A stretch of DNA of 57,467 nucleotides, filler included, from Platydemus manokwari (lineage: Eukaryota): assembly GCA_037951405.1 (NCBI GenBank). It is 5 parts of 5 records of this genome, joined end to end, with 100 filler letters (N's around TTAATTAATTAA, not from the genome) between each part and the next. Parts side by side here need not be neighbours in the genome. Positions count along the whole stretch, not along the records: positions 33,097 to 47,535 come from JBBMOY011459198.1; positions 47,636 to 57,467 come from JBBMOY011199432.1; 3 more parts are not named here. The stretch is one strand, 5' to 3'. Below the pieces are notes generated by a model, which worked only from the letters and a program-made list of their open reading frames with translations, was not told the DNA's origin and searched no databases. Below, one piece after another: positions 38,566-52,700 of the stretch (its first letter is position 1; each line of letters begins with the position of its first letter). A program made the translations under genes and the position numbers.

Positions 38566-41500
38566 TACAATTCTCTGTCTAATTAAGCTCTAATTATCTT
38601 TTCTAAGAACAATAGAAAACAGAAAGAAGAACTACGAAACTTCAGGTATTGTTCAAATTTTCTTCCTAGCGGGAGTCATTTCAATATTTTTATCAAAAGA
38701 TTCAAACAAAAATAAACGAAAATTTTCCACAGTATTTTATTTAAAATACGATGGAAAACACCTTGGGAGAATATGAGAAATCATTATAGTCAATAGTGAA
38801 ATACGAAACCGAGCTATAATTGAAAGTCAAATAAATAATTAGCTTGTTTCACTGATCGATGATTATTTGACAAATCATTTCATTTATTGCATTTTCTGAT
38901 CATTGCAATTTTCAGAGTTGACTAATTGGCTTCAATTTTTTTTTATTTTAAACCTCTGATGTCAAAATTATTTGGTCGAGTTCGGCGAAAACATAAAAAA
39001 TATTATGAGAAGCTGAATAAACCTGTAGGCGTGTGTAGGTCTCTTACCATTGATTATATTGTTTGCATGGATCTCGTACCCGTTTTCTTTTTGTTGCAAT
39101 AAATGAGTGTTGGAGAGTGTTTAAGTGAGAATATCCAACAAAATTTCTACTCACACATTTCACTCCTTTTACCTTTATTATTAGATTTGTGGACGTTCAC
39201 ATTTTGTTTTTTAATTATAATTTATTGATTTAATATTATTGATTTTATTATCTCAAACTTTTAAAAAACAAAACCATTTATTTTACCAATTATTTAAATA
39301 AATAATTGAAAATTTTTAAAATCATTTTCAATAATATTATACAAATCGTCCCTTATCAAAGACGTTTTGATACTTATGTTGATAATCAGGCCGGGAATAG
39401 TATTGGAAATTTGTTAGAATTAAAAGAAATTAATAAACAATAATATGTGATTACGATAAATTCCAGAAAAATCATATCATTATTGAAATGCATTTCGATT
39501 AGCAACAATTGATCAATATTCATTGCGAGTGAAATAACTAGACCATGAGAAAATGACCTGGTTAGGGACATAAATTATATAATATTTCGATTGTTGAAGA
39601 AATTGAAATTATTCCTTGATATTGAAAAATATTGTCCTTCAAATAACTGATTGGTTCGACATGAAAAATACGAAGTTATTAACAGAAGACATCTACGAGA
39701 AAACTTTTATTATATCGATTTTCTCAAGACGAGATACCACAATGAATCGTATAAATACTTTGATCAAATCGAGAGTTTTGTAAGCTGAGCATGAAAAGAA
39801 GCTTGAAAATTAGATATTAGTCAGTAATGAGTTAACTGTAATTGGTAGAAACCACACGTTATACAGAAGATTTGTTAGTAATGAACTAACTACTGAACCA
39901 ACGTCTTCGTTTAATTTATGCTTGATCTTTTATAATGATTTGATCCATTTATGTTCAAAGCTTGTAAATTTGTGTTCAATAAAATAAATCTTCGTAAAAC
40001 AAAGCGCTTATTGTTCATTTAAATAAATAAGGTTTCAATATGAACTTTAATTAGAATTTGAAGTCAGATTACGATAAGAGGTCTTTGAAATTGTGAGCAA
40101 TCAAACTGAACAAATTTTTTAGAAATTTTATTGATAATCTACGAGATTCTTTCAAGCAAAAAAAGATATTTAACAGAAAATCTTTACAATGTTTCGTACA
40201 ATTAAACCACTAAAATCAAAGCTCAGTGCATAAGCAGCCAGAAAAAGTTTTCTTTAAATTTTTTTCCTATTTTTTTAAATTCAGAAAAGCGAATACCGAT
40301 TAATCTAAATGATATGATGTTTCCATTGATAATTATTTTAGAAAAGCCAATGCAACTGAAACAGGCAACATAATTTCTTGTATTGCTTCATTCAATCAAC
40401 AGAATTTTATATACGAAAACCCATATATTTTATGCTTCAGAATTATTTCGATTATTAAAGTGTATTTCGATAATGTTTTCCCATTTGTCATTTGCCAGTG
40501 AGGTCAAAAACTACGACAACGCCGAGAAAAATGACAGACAGATGTTTTCATAATTTTACATAGCACTATAGTATGGGTCAGAAATGTTGTCGAATATGAA
40601 AACTACTTTAATTTTAAATATTAAAAAGAGAGAGAGATTAATTCAGTGGTGAATTTTAACATGAAAAAGAAATTTTTCTTTTTTAATTGAATTGTTATTA
40701 TGGTATTTTCTGTCGTAAGTTTTAAAATTAAATATACTTTAGCAATTTGTTTTCTTTGGACTGTTAATGAAAAGGAAACATTATGTTATCCCATCTTAAT
40801 TGCTCTGTAAATTTTAATGATAATTATGATTTTGGACCACACTGATCTGTCAGTGACTTTTAGAATCGTTGGATTTTTGCTTTCATTATCGATAATAAAA
40901 TTCATATTTTTATTATTAGGATTTAATTAAAATATATATGATCAGCTAAAAATAGAATAATTTTATTTATTTATGTTTGTCAAACTATACTAATAATCTT
41001 TAACTATTTTTACCGTTTGATTTCGTTTAGTGAAGAACTAAACTCGAATGTTTTAAAAATTAACCTCAACATATAAATGAACCTTTCAGATTTTTAATCC
41101 GGATTAACTTCAATTTCATATTAGTGCTTTTAAAATCTCACAACATTACAGGATAGAAAAACGAATTTTTTCATTTAATTTGAGATTTTTCTCCAAAATT
41201 TTGTAATAAAAGTAAATTCACTGAATTTTCAGTTTTTATCAAATGATTTGGTGAAAATTTTTTACAAAAATTCCTTGTTTTAATTTAATATTTTCAAATA
41301 TTTTCATTTTATTTATCCATACTGTGGAGTATTGGGTAAAATTTACCATAAATCCAAATCAAAACCGCTAAATCAACCTTCAAAATGGTGGACGCGCTTT
41401 AAATTTATGAACGTGTCTTTTTTGTGTTTTGATCAATGATATCTTACTAATCTATCTTCGAGCGACTTAATATTGTAGCAATATCTTATTCTTTTGACAG

Positions 41501-42339
41501 CTAAAATTTTAAAAAATTCCTTTAATGTTAAGTTTAAAACTACTCGAACTTACCGGCTCATTCTAACTACGTAATCCAACTCCTAAACTTATTCCTGTAC
41601 GCACTGAGTAAGAAAAAGTACGTCTTTCTGATTATGATATATTTTAACTACCATATGCACCGATTATCAATATTACAAGGATATAGATCCCGATAACGCT
41701 AAGTTGATAAAACTAGGATCAAATCCCTGTACTTGTTCTGAATACTTTAGATCAAAATTTAGTCCTGGTGAATATCACACTAAGTACTATAAGGTTATTA
41801 ATTAGCACATCGCTAATACAATATACTACTCATTTACGATTACACTTGCTGCAAGGTTGGACACTCTAACAATAATCATCCTACCTTTTAATAGTTTCAT
41901 TGAAATGGCGAAAGTAAAGAATTATCTCGTTATTTATATGCTTATGTTAATGACACACATCTCGTCTACATGCAAATACTGTTCGTATATTCCAATTTTT
42001 GGAAATTGTTGCAAATTTTATTTTATTTCATTTCTTGCATTTATTATTAATTTATTAATTATTTCTAACCGTGATTATTTACTTTCTCATTATATAATAA
42101 TTTTTATTTTTTTATTTTTACATGTACATTTATTTATTTTTGGGCCCAATACTAACATAAAGAAAACGCTATTTCAGTTTGTTTTGTTTATTAAAAGTAT
42201 ATATCAATAAGAATGTTGTTTTTACCAAACAAGCAAAATTTTAGAATGTTTTGTCACGTTTGTTTTATTTCTAAAATTAAAACAAAAGAATTTACCTTTT
42301 TTCTTCAATTAAGAAAACACGACTTTCAGATATCATTTA

Positions 42340-42505
42340 TTTTTCGTCCTCCATTATTTTTTGAGGTGGTCCTCAACCGCTTAATCAAGAAACACTTTAA
42401 TTTGACTTTTCAAAGTCTATGAGGACCTTCGTAACAGTATTTGTTCTTCGTTATCTTATATGGCTACATCTTCACTAAAACTTCTTCCCCAACAGCAAAA
42501 ATTTG
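42340..42505 (-). mobile_element. Ty3/Gypsy integrase C-terminal (GPY/F) relic
   Basis: Minus strand QIFAVGEEVLVKM*PYKITKNKYCYEGPH fits the F-x-VG-x2-VLV ... Y-x-GP-[YF] pattern, followed by a purine-rich stretch near 42345-42362. Confidence 0.6.
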
Positions 42506-43394
42506 ACTGGTTCTATGTTTTGTATATAGTCTTCTTAAGTTTACGGTCACTGGTTTGAGCTGGTTTCCATGCATATCTAAAATAACTCATAAAAATTCTT
42601 AAAGGCCCGTTTTAAAAAATTGAAGAATTTAGAACTGGTATAGCTACGTCTTTATTATTTATTTGATCTTTCAAAAACCCAATAAAGAGGATCGCTGAGA
42701 TCTATTGTTTGTACCATAGTAGTAGGTTTATTAAAATATTAATAAAAATCTTTAACAAACCATCCCGCCGCTGTTGTCATTATTTGAAATGGTCAAAATA
42801 AAAGAATTCATTGTTATAATCGCTTTTGTATGCAATATCTTTCTTATGCTTTTCGTAAAACATTATTTTTCGAAAAATGTCTAAACTATTTTGTCGACAA
42901 TCTTATTCCAAATCACTAATACTAGAAATAAATATATTTAAATAATTATATAAAATAATCCAAATTATTTTTGAAAAAATTCTCTGCTTTTATTTCATGT
43001 AATTTCGCAATCAATAGCAAAAACTATTTTCCCCTTTTATCTTTGTATATTTCCCATATTGCGTCAGGTTCAGTGAAACATCAATTATGTGGTGAAGAAG
43101 CAAGATAAGGACAAAGTAAAGGAAGTATAGTTTTGTAACAAAGTATAGTTATTAAATGATAATTATTCTTTTTTATAAAAGCATATTTGCAACTTAGATT
43201 AATGGAAATTATATCATAATTGAATACTCGATTTTAACTTAGGTTATATATTATCAAAATGGTTTGCAATAATGGCAATTCAGTTTTAATTCAAATTCAA
43301 AAATAACCCTACCAGCCCTTAGCACACATATGAATATTCAACCATATATTATATTGAACTAAGATACGTATAAATCATTTTTGATAGAAAATTC

Positions 43395-43995
43395 GGCTTA
43401 AGTTAAGAAAAAAGGTTCTTTGATCTACTTTCGTTATAATGAATTTTTTCGTATGATGTAATTTTATAACTTAATTTTATATATAACTGCTATGTTTGAT
43501 TTATTCATTTAATTTAGCTAATATCACATTTTTTTAAGATGTCTAATAGTGAAAAACATAGTTTTATAACTAAGTTTCCATTCTAATCACAACATTTCTA
43601 TATGATTATTTGAGTTTTTAAATTTTAATTTTTATAATTATAAATCGAGTTACAGACATGTTTAATGATATCATTGCTTATTTTTATAAAATAATTGTAA
43701 AAGTTAAAAATATCTCTCAATTTACTTATAATGTTAAAAGAAGGGGTCTTCGCTAATTTTCAATAAATTGCAATTCGACCTAATTTTTTCATTTTTTTAA
43801 ATAATCAAATTTTAGCAGATTTTTTATTTCTAGTCTATTTAATATTTGATTTCAAACAACTAAGTTTCTTATTAAGTACTTAAATAAAAAATTCAAAATG
43901 TTTTTAACGAATATAATTAAATAAACTATATAGAATTTTGTAAAACACTTAACATATCTAAAATTTCATTTTAGAACCTTTGCTTAACTTTAGCC
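43395..43995 (+). mobile_element. Complete 601-bp non-autonomous DNA transposon (Merlin-like MITE)
   Basis: Perfect 8-bp TSD GAAAATTC (43387-43394 and 43996-44003). TIRs GGCTTAAGTTAAGAAAAAAGGTTCT and GGCTAAAGTTAAGCAAAGGTTCT (reverse complement). GG termini with an 8-bp TSD fit Merlin; the superfamily call is inference. Confidence 0.85.
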
Positions 43996-46900
43996 GAAAA
44001 TTCTTACAATCGATATTCAAGAGACAACCCCGGTTTATCAATCTTGATTTAGGTTTCTCAATACTTATTAAAATGATTATAATAATAACTTCATGTAATA
44101 AAATTAGATGGTTCACTGTAAAAAATTGATTTGGTAAACGAATTGCTCATTGAAAAACAATTAATTGTAAAAATGAATACCATAAAATTCCAATATTACC
44201 TGTAATTTGATTGATGTCCTTGTCTAGTCGCTTAATTAATTTTTACTCTGACTATCATTTTTGATTATGGGAAATCAATGAAATGCCGATCTATAAAATA
44301 ATTTCATATCTATAATATAGTTTCAATTTAGTAAATTCATACCCAAATCTTGATCAAAAATATTTGTTATAAGATTTTATGTGGAAAATAAAAAATGTAA
44401 TATACAGTATTATGATTCAAATGAAAGACTGCGATAAGAATTCGACAAAATTATTTAATAAATAAAACAGTTGATAAAAAAATATATCATTTTTCAGTAA
44501 TTGATGTAATAATTCGCAGTGGAAAGTCAAACTAAAAAACCATGAGAAATGGTGAAATTTTTGGGAAAAAACGCTAAAATTGTAAATATTAATTAATCAG
44601 AAAATGAACAAATACATGAAATTTAAAAATAGAATAAAATGACGTTTTTCTAAACAGTAGGAAACTAATTGACTTTAATAACGCTGCTTAAGAAATTCTT
44701 CGATAATAGTTTAAACAATTAGTTGATGGCACACAATTTCTGACTCACAAATTTTGCGAGTTTCAGATTATTAGATGCAAACTACAAAATTATCCATTGC
44801 ACGAAGAATATCATTTCAGCAACAATATTTAGTAATTTTAAATCAAAATTGTTTTCATTCGAAATTACTTTAAGCTTGTTCAGCTTTACGGATGGAATAT
44901 TTAATTAGATTCGATGATACTCGTATGGTTTGAAACTTTGTAGAAACATTTCCATTGTAATCGATAATTTATGTTTTTTAAATTTTATTCTTGAATCTCA
45001 AAAAACGTTTATTTATAAAGGTAATTATTATCAAGAGTTTGATAATCTTATTCGTATATATTTAGAAGTTTTCAGGCAAACGATGATATGTTTTAAATAG
45101 CTTTTATCTGAGTCTTATCAATAATAGGGCTAATGAATTCTTCAATATATTTTTTGCTGAACCGGATTTCAAACATTTGATATCAGTAATACAATTAAAT
45201 TAAATTAATAATAATAAATAATAAAATTTGATTGAGGGCAAGATTCGAAGACTAAATTCGGGATATGGAGACAACTCGGAATCGGCTAAGTGTAATAAAT
45301 TTGTTGGAGTCATTGAAGTTGTAAGGGAGAATCGTAAATGTGATTAGTGATTGCACAACTAACCAATGAACCTCCCACGATGTGATTGCGTCATCAGAAA
45401 TAAGATTATATATAACATCCTAATTGTTGTAAATAAATGTTCCGTTATTAAAAGTCTTATTATTAACAGAAGTAAAAACTGAAAGATTGAAACTTAACAT
45501 TACATTCTTTATTATTATTATTAAATCTATTTTTAATCATATTTGAAGTTATTTAATCATTAATTAGATTATTAAATTGCAATATAATTCTAAAGTTATT
45601 TTATGAATAAATTTAAATTATTTTTTTTTAATTAAAGAGATTATGATTTTTATTATTGAAATTTTAAATAATATTATAATTCCAATCATATATCAATTGA
45701 AATTTAAATTAAAATAAACACTTTGAATAGCACATTTATTTTCGAAAAATTTATTTTAAGAAATTATCGATAAAATAAACTCAAAAAAATCTAAGGCACA
45801 TAGTGTGTACGAATGGAATGAAATGATGAACAGTTGTGCAACACGAAAATAAATCAAAACACTTCAAATTTGAACTAACACTTACGGAGCTTTCATTTGG
45901 ACATATAAATATATAATGCCTCTGAGATGAAATAAAATACATGGAAAATATTTACAAATCAGATTCTGAACAAATCATCCAAACTTGGATAATAAAGTAA
46001 TAATTATAATGAACATAGAGACATTTATTGCGAAATTAACAGCATGCAATTGAGTAACTCTAACGACATTTTCATTTTCACGCTTTTTGAAGTTAAATTT
46101 GGTCGTTGATAAAATGTGAATTTTTCTTTTGAAAGGCATATTATCAGATATTTAGTCATAAAGGAAATATTTCAATGACGTGAAAGCTGGAAGATAATTT
46201 CAAAACTAGATTTTATTTCCTTAAAATTGATGAGTATATGATACTTGGCACTAACCGCATCTTAATTAATGTTCAACCTTTTATAATAGTTACACTGATC
46301 GAGCACATGAATATATCTCTAGGTTGGTTAAAGAGATTTTAAACATCTACTAAATACTTTTCATATATTAAATGCAACTCGGAGTTATGTGATAATTACT
46401 GGTTGCACGCCTTACAACTTATTATTTTCGATTCTCTGGAAGAAAAAGATATTACTTGTGTGATAGACAAGAAAAATAATAAGGAAAAACTATTCTAGAC
46501 AGCATACCAAAGAAAGAAAAGCAGAAAATGCATCAATCGTAGAGTTTTGGAATCCTAAACTTAAACTTTAAATGTTGAAGTGAAGATGTCTTTTTAAAAT
46601 GATTTCCCTACAGAAATTAGTCAAAACTGATGAATACTATGTAGGTTTTGAAATTGTCTAATGCATTTACTATTTCGATGATAATACAATATGGTAAAGA
46701 CAGAAATTAAGAGATTAAAATTTTACTTGTTCCTAATTCGTTTAAATAGTTCCTTCTTATTTCTTTCAAATTATTTATTAAATTTTAATAAATTAAATAT
46801 CCGGTCTCATTTAAACTGTCAATTTCAGTGATGTAATTAAAATATTTCTAAGAATTTTAATGGTACTTTCATTATTTTTTGTATAGACTTTGTTTAGTTA

Positions 46901-47124
46901 TATTATTGGTGAAAAAATATAACTAAAATTAAAAATTGAAGAGTTTTGTCGCTATCAACAGCTGATGTATCACGTGTTTGTGTTTATTAACGAATCTTTT
47001 CATGAAATAAGGTTTACTGTAATTCAGATTCGATTTACAGGGAATTTTAGTCTGTCGTGTGTAAAACTAGAAAACAACACATGGATAAAAAGTTGATATC
47101 ATCGTTTATTAGGACCACAAAGTC

Positions 47125-47535
47125 AGAAGAAAGGGGGAGATATATACATCGGAACCTTTACATCTTGAAAATAATAATAATAGAATAAGAACGCGTAAAA
47201 TCAAGTCTAAATAGAATGACTCTAAATAAAATAGAATGATTTAATATTTGAAATTACGAAAATTGTACATCTTTCTTCTTGAAGGGTCATAGAAAGTCGA
47301 TATGGTTTGATGATGAACTGATATAAAGAGTTTATAGTGTAGAAATTATAAATATAGAAGTTAATATAATAGTTATAAATATAAATTAGTGTAAACAGAT
47401 GTGAACATATTAAAATAAGATTTTAATGATAGAGTTAGGATCCATGTATAAGACGACATACCAGGTGTGTCATCGTTTTAAAAAATAAAGATTAAACAGT
47501 TTGGTAATATACCAAAAAAGAAGGAATCTAAATCG
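47125..47535 (+). mobile_element. Possible polypurine tract plus start of a 3' LTR, cut by the contig end
   Basis: AGAAGAAAGGGGGAGA (47125-47140), followed by AT-rich sequence with TATA-like motifs. The expected TG start is not intact. Confidence 0.35.
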
Positions 47536-47635
47536 NNNNNNNNNNNNNNNNNNNNNNNNNNNNNNNNNNNNNNNNNNNNTTAATTAATTAANNNNNNNNN
47601 NNNNNNNNNNNNNNNNNNNNNNNNNNNNNNNNNNN
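47536..47635. other. Artificial contig linker
   Basis: N44-TTAATTAATTAA-N44. Confidence 0.97.
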
Positions 47636-49786
47636 TTAATGATTTGCTACAACACACACACAAGTGTTTACATCTGGTGTCAAATTCCGGTTATTAAGTT
47701 ATAGACCCAATAGAAGAGTAAATTTTAAGAATTTTTTGTAATTTTGAATTGACACCGCTTTTCAGTAGATTCCAGGAACTGATTTAATAGTGTTACAGAA
47801 CAGGATCAAGCTCAGCAATATCATCTTTATCATCTTTATCTTCAGCATATCAATCGTCTTCCCAATCGTCTTAGTCAACCTCTTCCTATCAAAGCCTACA
47901 TTCCAGATGGAAGGTCGACATAGATGGCTGACAAATATTGAACTATATTACACTATTTGTGGTTATTTAACTATTTCTTTCCTTTTGTGATTAATCCGAC
48001 TTTTTTAATTTTTGTGAATCTTGCATGATTTATTTGAGTGTAAAGAAATTTTGAAAATTGTATATAAAAACAATAATAAATTATAAAACCACAATAATTA
48101 TGTTTTCAAATAATATGTAAAAAATTATTATGAGGAATAATAATAATAAAACCATGAAATTTAAAGGAAATAATTTTTGAACAAGATAATAAATAGTAAA
48201 ATAACTTCCATAAATTATAATAATATGAATTATAATTGTGGGCGAAAATTAATTAATTAAAATGTGGGCTTATTTGTGGGCGGAAGTTGGGATTTTAAAT
48301 GTAGGAGAAAAAGAAAAATATTATGAATAATACGAGTGAAAAATAAATTAAAATTTTTAATCTAGGCGGATTTATAAAATAATTTTAATATTCTATAGAA
48401 AAAAAGAAAAACAATTATTTAGAATCCGTCCTAGAGAATACTTTAAAGTGGTGGAAAATCACAAATTTCACTCTCAAAAACCGAACTATTACTAGACGAT
48501 CTTGAAAGGATTCAGTAAAGGTATAAACGTTTAGACGCTAGATAAAAAAAGAACTAAATTGAACTATCGACAAGGTGTGAATGGATTTTTGATAAAAGCA
48601 ATAAGTATAATTAAATAGCCTTATTTTAAATACACAACAAGTCTTTCATATAGATTATAGCGATCTGTGGTACCTTTTGGAAACAATGAATGAAAGGTGT
48701 ACCAACTGATTTCCGAGCGCAGTAACGATGTAGATATGTTAGAGAAATCCACATAGAAAAAGAGAACCGATTAAATATACCCCGAATTTTTTTCTCTTAG
48801 AGATATCCTCGTGCATTTAATTCAAATGATTTTGTGTTTATTTCTTTATGCATTGGATCATTGTGATAATAGAATTATTCAGCTTTGTTAAATATATAAA
48901 AACGTTTATCGTTGTAATCTTGTCAAAATTCTTGACTTTTAAGATTAACCGCTTTAACTTTTAATATTAATGAATTTACTGTGAATTATTATGCAAGCTA
49001 TTAAATTCTGACACAATACATTCAAGTTATTTTATGAAAGTCAGTTGGTATTCATAAATTAATTGAGAAAATCACTTAGACCAATTTATTCTCAAAATAC
49101 CTAGTTAGTAACGAAGTAGGTTGGATCACCAAATTTAATTTATACAAATTCCAATGTGCTCATTAAAATATTCCTAACACAAACATATTTAATTCTAATT
49201 ATTATCATGGGAAAAATAAACATTAAGCAACACTAAATGAATTATATATACAATCTGACAAATATGTCCTACTTCATTTGAGTGAAATTTTCAATATGAA
49301 TGAAATGCGTTCAAACCTGTTATTAAAATTTCCTTTCACAACAAAAACCAAGAAACAATTTTTTTTAATATTTTGTAAACCTTTATTTTTTAAAATTAAA
49401 CGAATTAAAAACAATTCCAGTTATTAGTTGAACTTGCCAATATAGAATAAATTATATTGCGAGTTGAAGTTGTCATTATCAATTCATTTTCACCTTTATT
49501 TGTTGTGTTTTTACTGAACGTGAGTGTTAATAAATATCTCAGACATCAAATTTTAAAGATAGTAACGATTATTCTATCATTATCATAAAGAACGTTTACT
49601 AAACGATGTCACACATCATTCATTGGCTTTCGATAATTGATGATGATGATATATTGGCGAAACATGAGATAATGATGACGCAGACACATCAATAAATGAG
49701 CAAAACAATTTTTTATACATTTACAATATTGTACAAGTCATAAAATAACATACACAAACAATAACGTAAAGAAAACTCGGATATTA

Positions 49787-52700
49787 TTAACATTCCAAAG
49801 ACTCCATGAATTTCGAAGGGTCAGCAATTCTGTGAACAAGTTTAAGATGTATCGACCGTGACTTATTGGAAATAAAAGACAGAGCGCAATCGGGGCATAC
49901 ATAACAGTATGGACTTGTCAGACTCTTTTCTGAAGATTTGATATGGAAAGAAATTGCATGGTCGATCATTTCTTTTCGAATCGAACACTGATAAGGACAA
50001 ATACCGCAAACGAAGCCGTTATCTTCCTTCGATGAAACGTTTTCGATTTTCAAACGTTTACAAGGATAAGTCGACAAACACATTTTCGAGCTATTGATGG
50101 TTTGTTTAGCCCGCTTATTCGTATCTAAAACAACTGAATGAATAATTTAAACATGTTCGATATTCGATGTGGATATATAAATGATAATTGGCCAAGTTTA
50201 TAGAAGCATTTATACAACGTGCAATACACACAATTAATAATACAATGCCTACTAAATCAATGCTCTGAAAAAGAATAACCAATGAAAATGTTATAAACAT
50301 CGAATCAAGTAATATATCAATATATACATATATATAATGCAAAACTTAGTTCAATTTAGTATATAGCACAGTGATTCCCAAACTTTTCGGGCGTACCCTC
50401 CCCTTTTCAGAATAAATATTACTTAGCACCCCAAAACTAACCCACATCAATTTTAGTAGCAATTTATAAAAGAATCTTTTGTTACTTAATTTTAACTTCT
50501 CGTAATATCACAACGAACTAACCTTTCTTTTAGTTTTATTTCAGTTAATCATTACAGGGAATCCCAGAAATACTATCGCTCTACTACCAGACTTCGGCGT
50601 TGCAAGCGACAAAGCGCACAAGTAGTAGCATTGAGTGCGCGATTACACATATTTCAATAAAAATTAGTGAGAACGTTCAGTACGTTGTTTAAAGACAATT
50701 GAAGCGTTTTGAGCAAACGAGATACATCAAAATTTTTAATAATCATTTTCTTACATTCTCATAGTATTATCGCCTTCAAATGAGCTTGTATTACCCACCG
50801 ACCCTCCCACTCTGGGAATCACTTATATAGCACATTACAAAAAAATTGGTATGTGATAGTGTATAGTCGATTAAAATACATATATTCGAGATCCAATCCT
50901 ATTCGGTTGAGTAAAAAGACCTGTGAAACCGGTTTTTTGGTAAAATCCTTCCAATATTGGTAAAGATACAATCATTAAAACATTATAATTCTTACAAAAA
51001 TATTAACGCGGTAATAGTAATCAGCATGACTAGCTTGAAAAATTATAAAATAATAAAAATTATTTGATATCATAAAATATTATAAGTATAACAAACAAAT
51101 AATGTTATCAAGTTTGGAATCAAATCTATATCTTATTATAAGCTAATTATATTAACACACTTTTATAAGTTTTACGATGAAAGACTGACTGACCCAAATC
51201 ACAACAAATCAATAAACTTCCAGGGTTGATTTCAAAATACCAAGTTAGTTGAGAAAAGACGAGTGAAAGACGAAAGACATATCAGATGTGTTTGAGATTT
51301 ATTTTTTAGCCAAAAATTTAACAATAGAATCAATCCAACATATTTAAACGGCTTAAACTAATGTTGAATAAATCATCTGACATTTGTTGGAATTGGATAA
51401 ATTAATATAGTCTCGATTATTTATATCAATTGTATCATTTAGCATATCTTTCTGACAAAACTCTTTAGAATTTGAAAGAAATGCTAAATAAAAATCTCTC
51501 AAAATAAATAAGTTATTTAATAAAATTCTCGAAAGACTGTTAATCTAATATAGATAACATGAAACATTTAAAGGTTTTTATCAAAAGTTCAGTCTTCCAG
51601 AAAAGTTCCTCGCGTTAGTGACGAATATGTGGATAATGAGATACACACAATATTATCATGGACAGAAAATGACAAGATTTGTTTTCAGAAAAATCAAAAA
51701 TCATCATAAATGTTTTAATTGCAAGCATGTGCGATCTAAAAATATATTTTCTTCTTTATGCCAATAAACTATGATGTAATAAGTGAATTTTTAAGATCGA
51801 TTTGTTTTATTCCATGATTCGGGCTGTATGTATTATACCTAAGAAACAACTTAATATTTTTCATATAATTCACAGAATTCTCATCTCCTGTATGAATTCC
51901 ATTAACATATAATGCGCTTACTACAATTATTATCCTCGATACGTGACATAATAGCAAGAGAGAATAGTTGCTTAAATCTAACTAGTGGATAAATTCAGAA
52001 AGAAATAGCAGTATTTAAAGAAGCGAAGATGCTCAATAAGAATTAATTAATCCCAATTTTAGTATTTATATTGACAGTATTTGTAAAACCTTTCTCATAA
52101 TTCCAAGAATCAATAATTTTGTACTGTAAAATGTTGAAATATTACTAATGGATTTGACATGACTTCACCATAATTATACAAGCTTATTGTTTGTTCTATT
52201 ACATCTATTAATCATTATTTGTATTTAAAATAGTAATAAATTGATATAATGACCGCATTAATACACTTAATAAACCCAAAATTCATTATTAAATCTAGAA
52301 TCGATAATATAGTCGCATAAATTATAAATATTTTTCAATAATTTAGTGCATCTCATGGATTTGACATAGCATAACCATAATGATACAAGCTTATGGCTTG
52401 TCTATTACATCTATTGACGTGATAGATCATTGGATCACCATTAATAGAAGAATGAGGATATTTAAACCCAAAAAATCAATAAAATATCAGAAACAAAGCA
52501 ATTAAAATACATCAATAATTGCAGAATAATGCCACTAATCTATGTAATCATAAGGAGTTAACTTATCATATGGTTATCGAGATTCCATAAGATTCCTAAA
52601 TAATACATCACATATGGCAGGGGTGGCCAACCGGTCGATCACGTGAGATGTTATTCAAATGAAAAGTTGATCTTACGTACACAAAAGTTGGCCACCTCTG

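Noticed and set aside
33600-46660. CTGATGA motifs (e.g. ~33617, ~45391 reverse, ~46627) as Penelope-type hammerhead ribozymes
   Set aside because: I could not build stem II followed by GAAA plus stems I and III around any of them.
47660-48700. LTR end (..TTTACA) plus PBS-like TGGTGTC and gag-like remnant
   Set aside because: PBS match is only ~7 nt, and no second LTR or clear gag motif is present; suggestive only.
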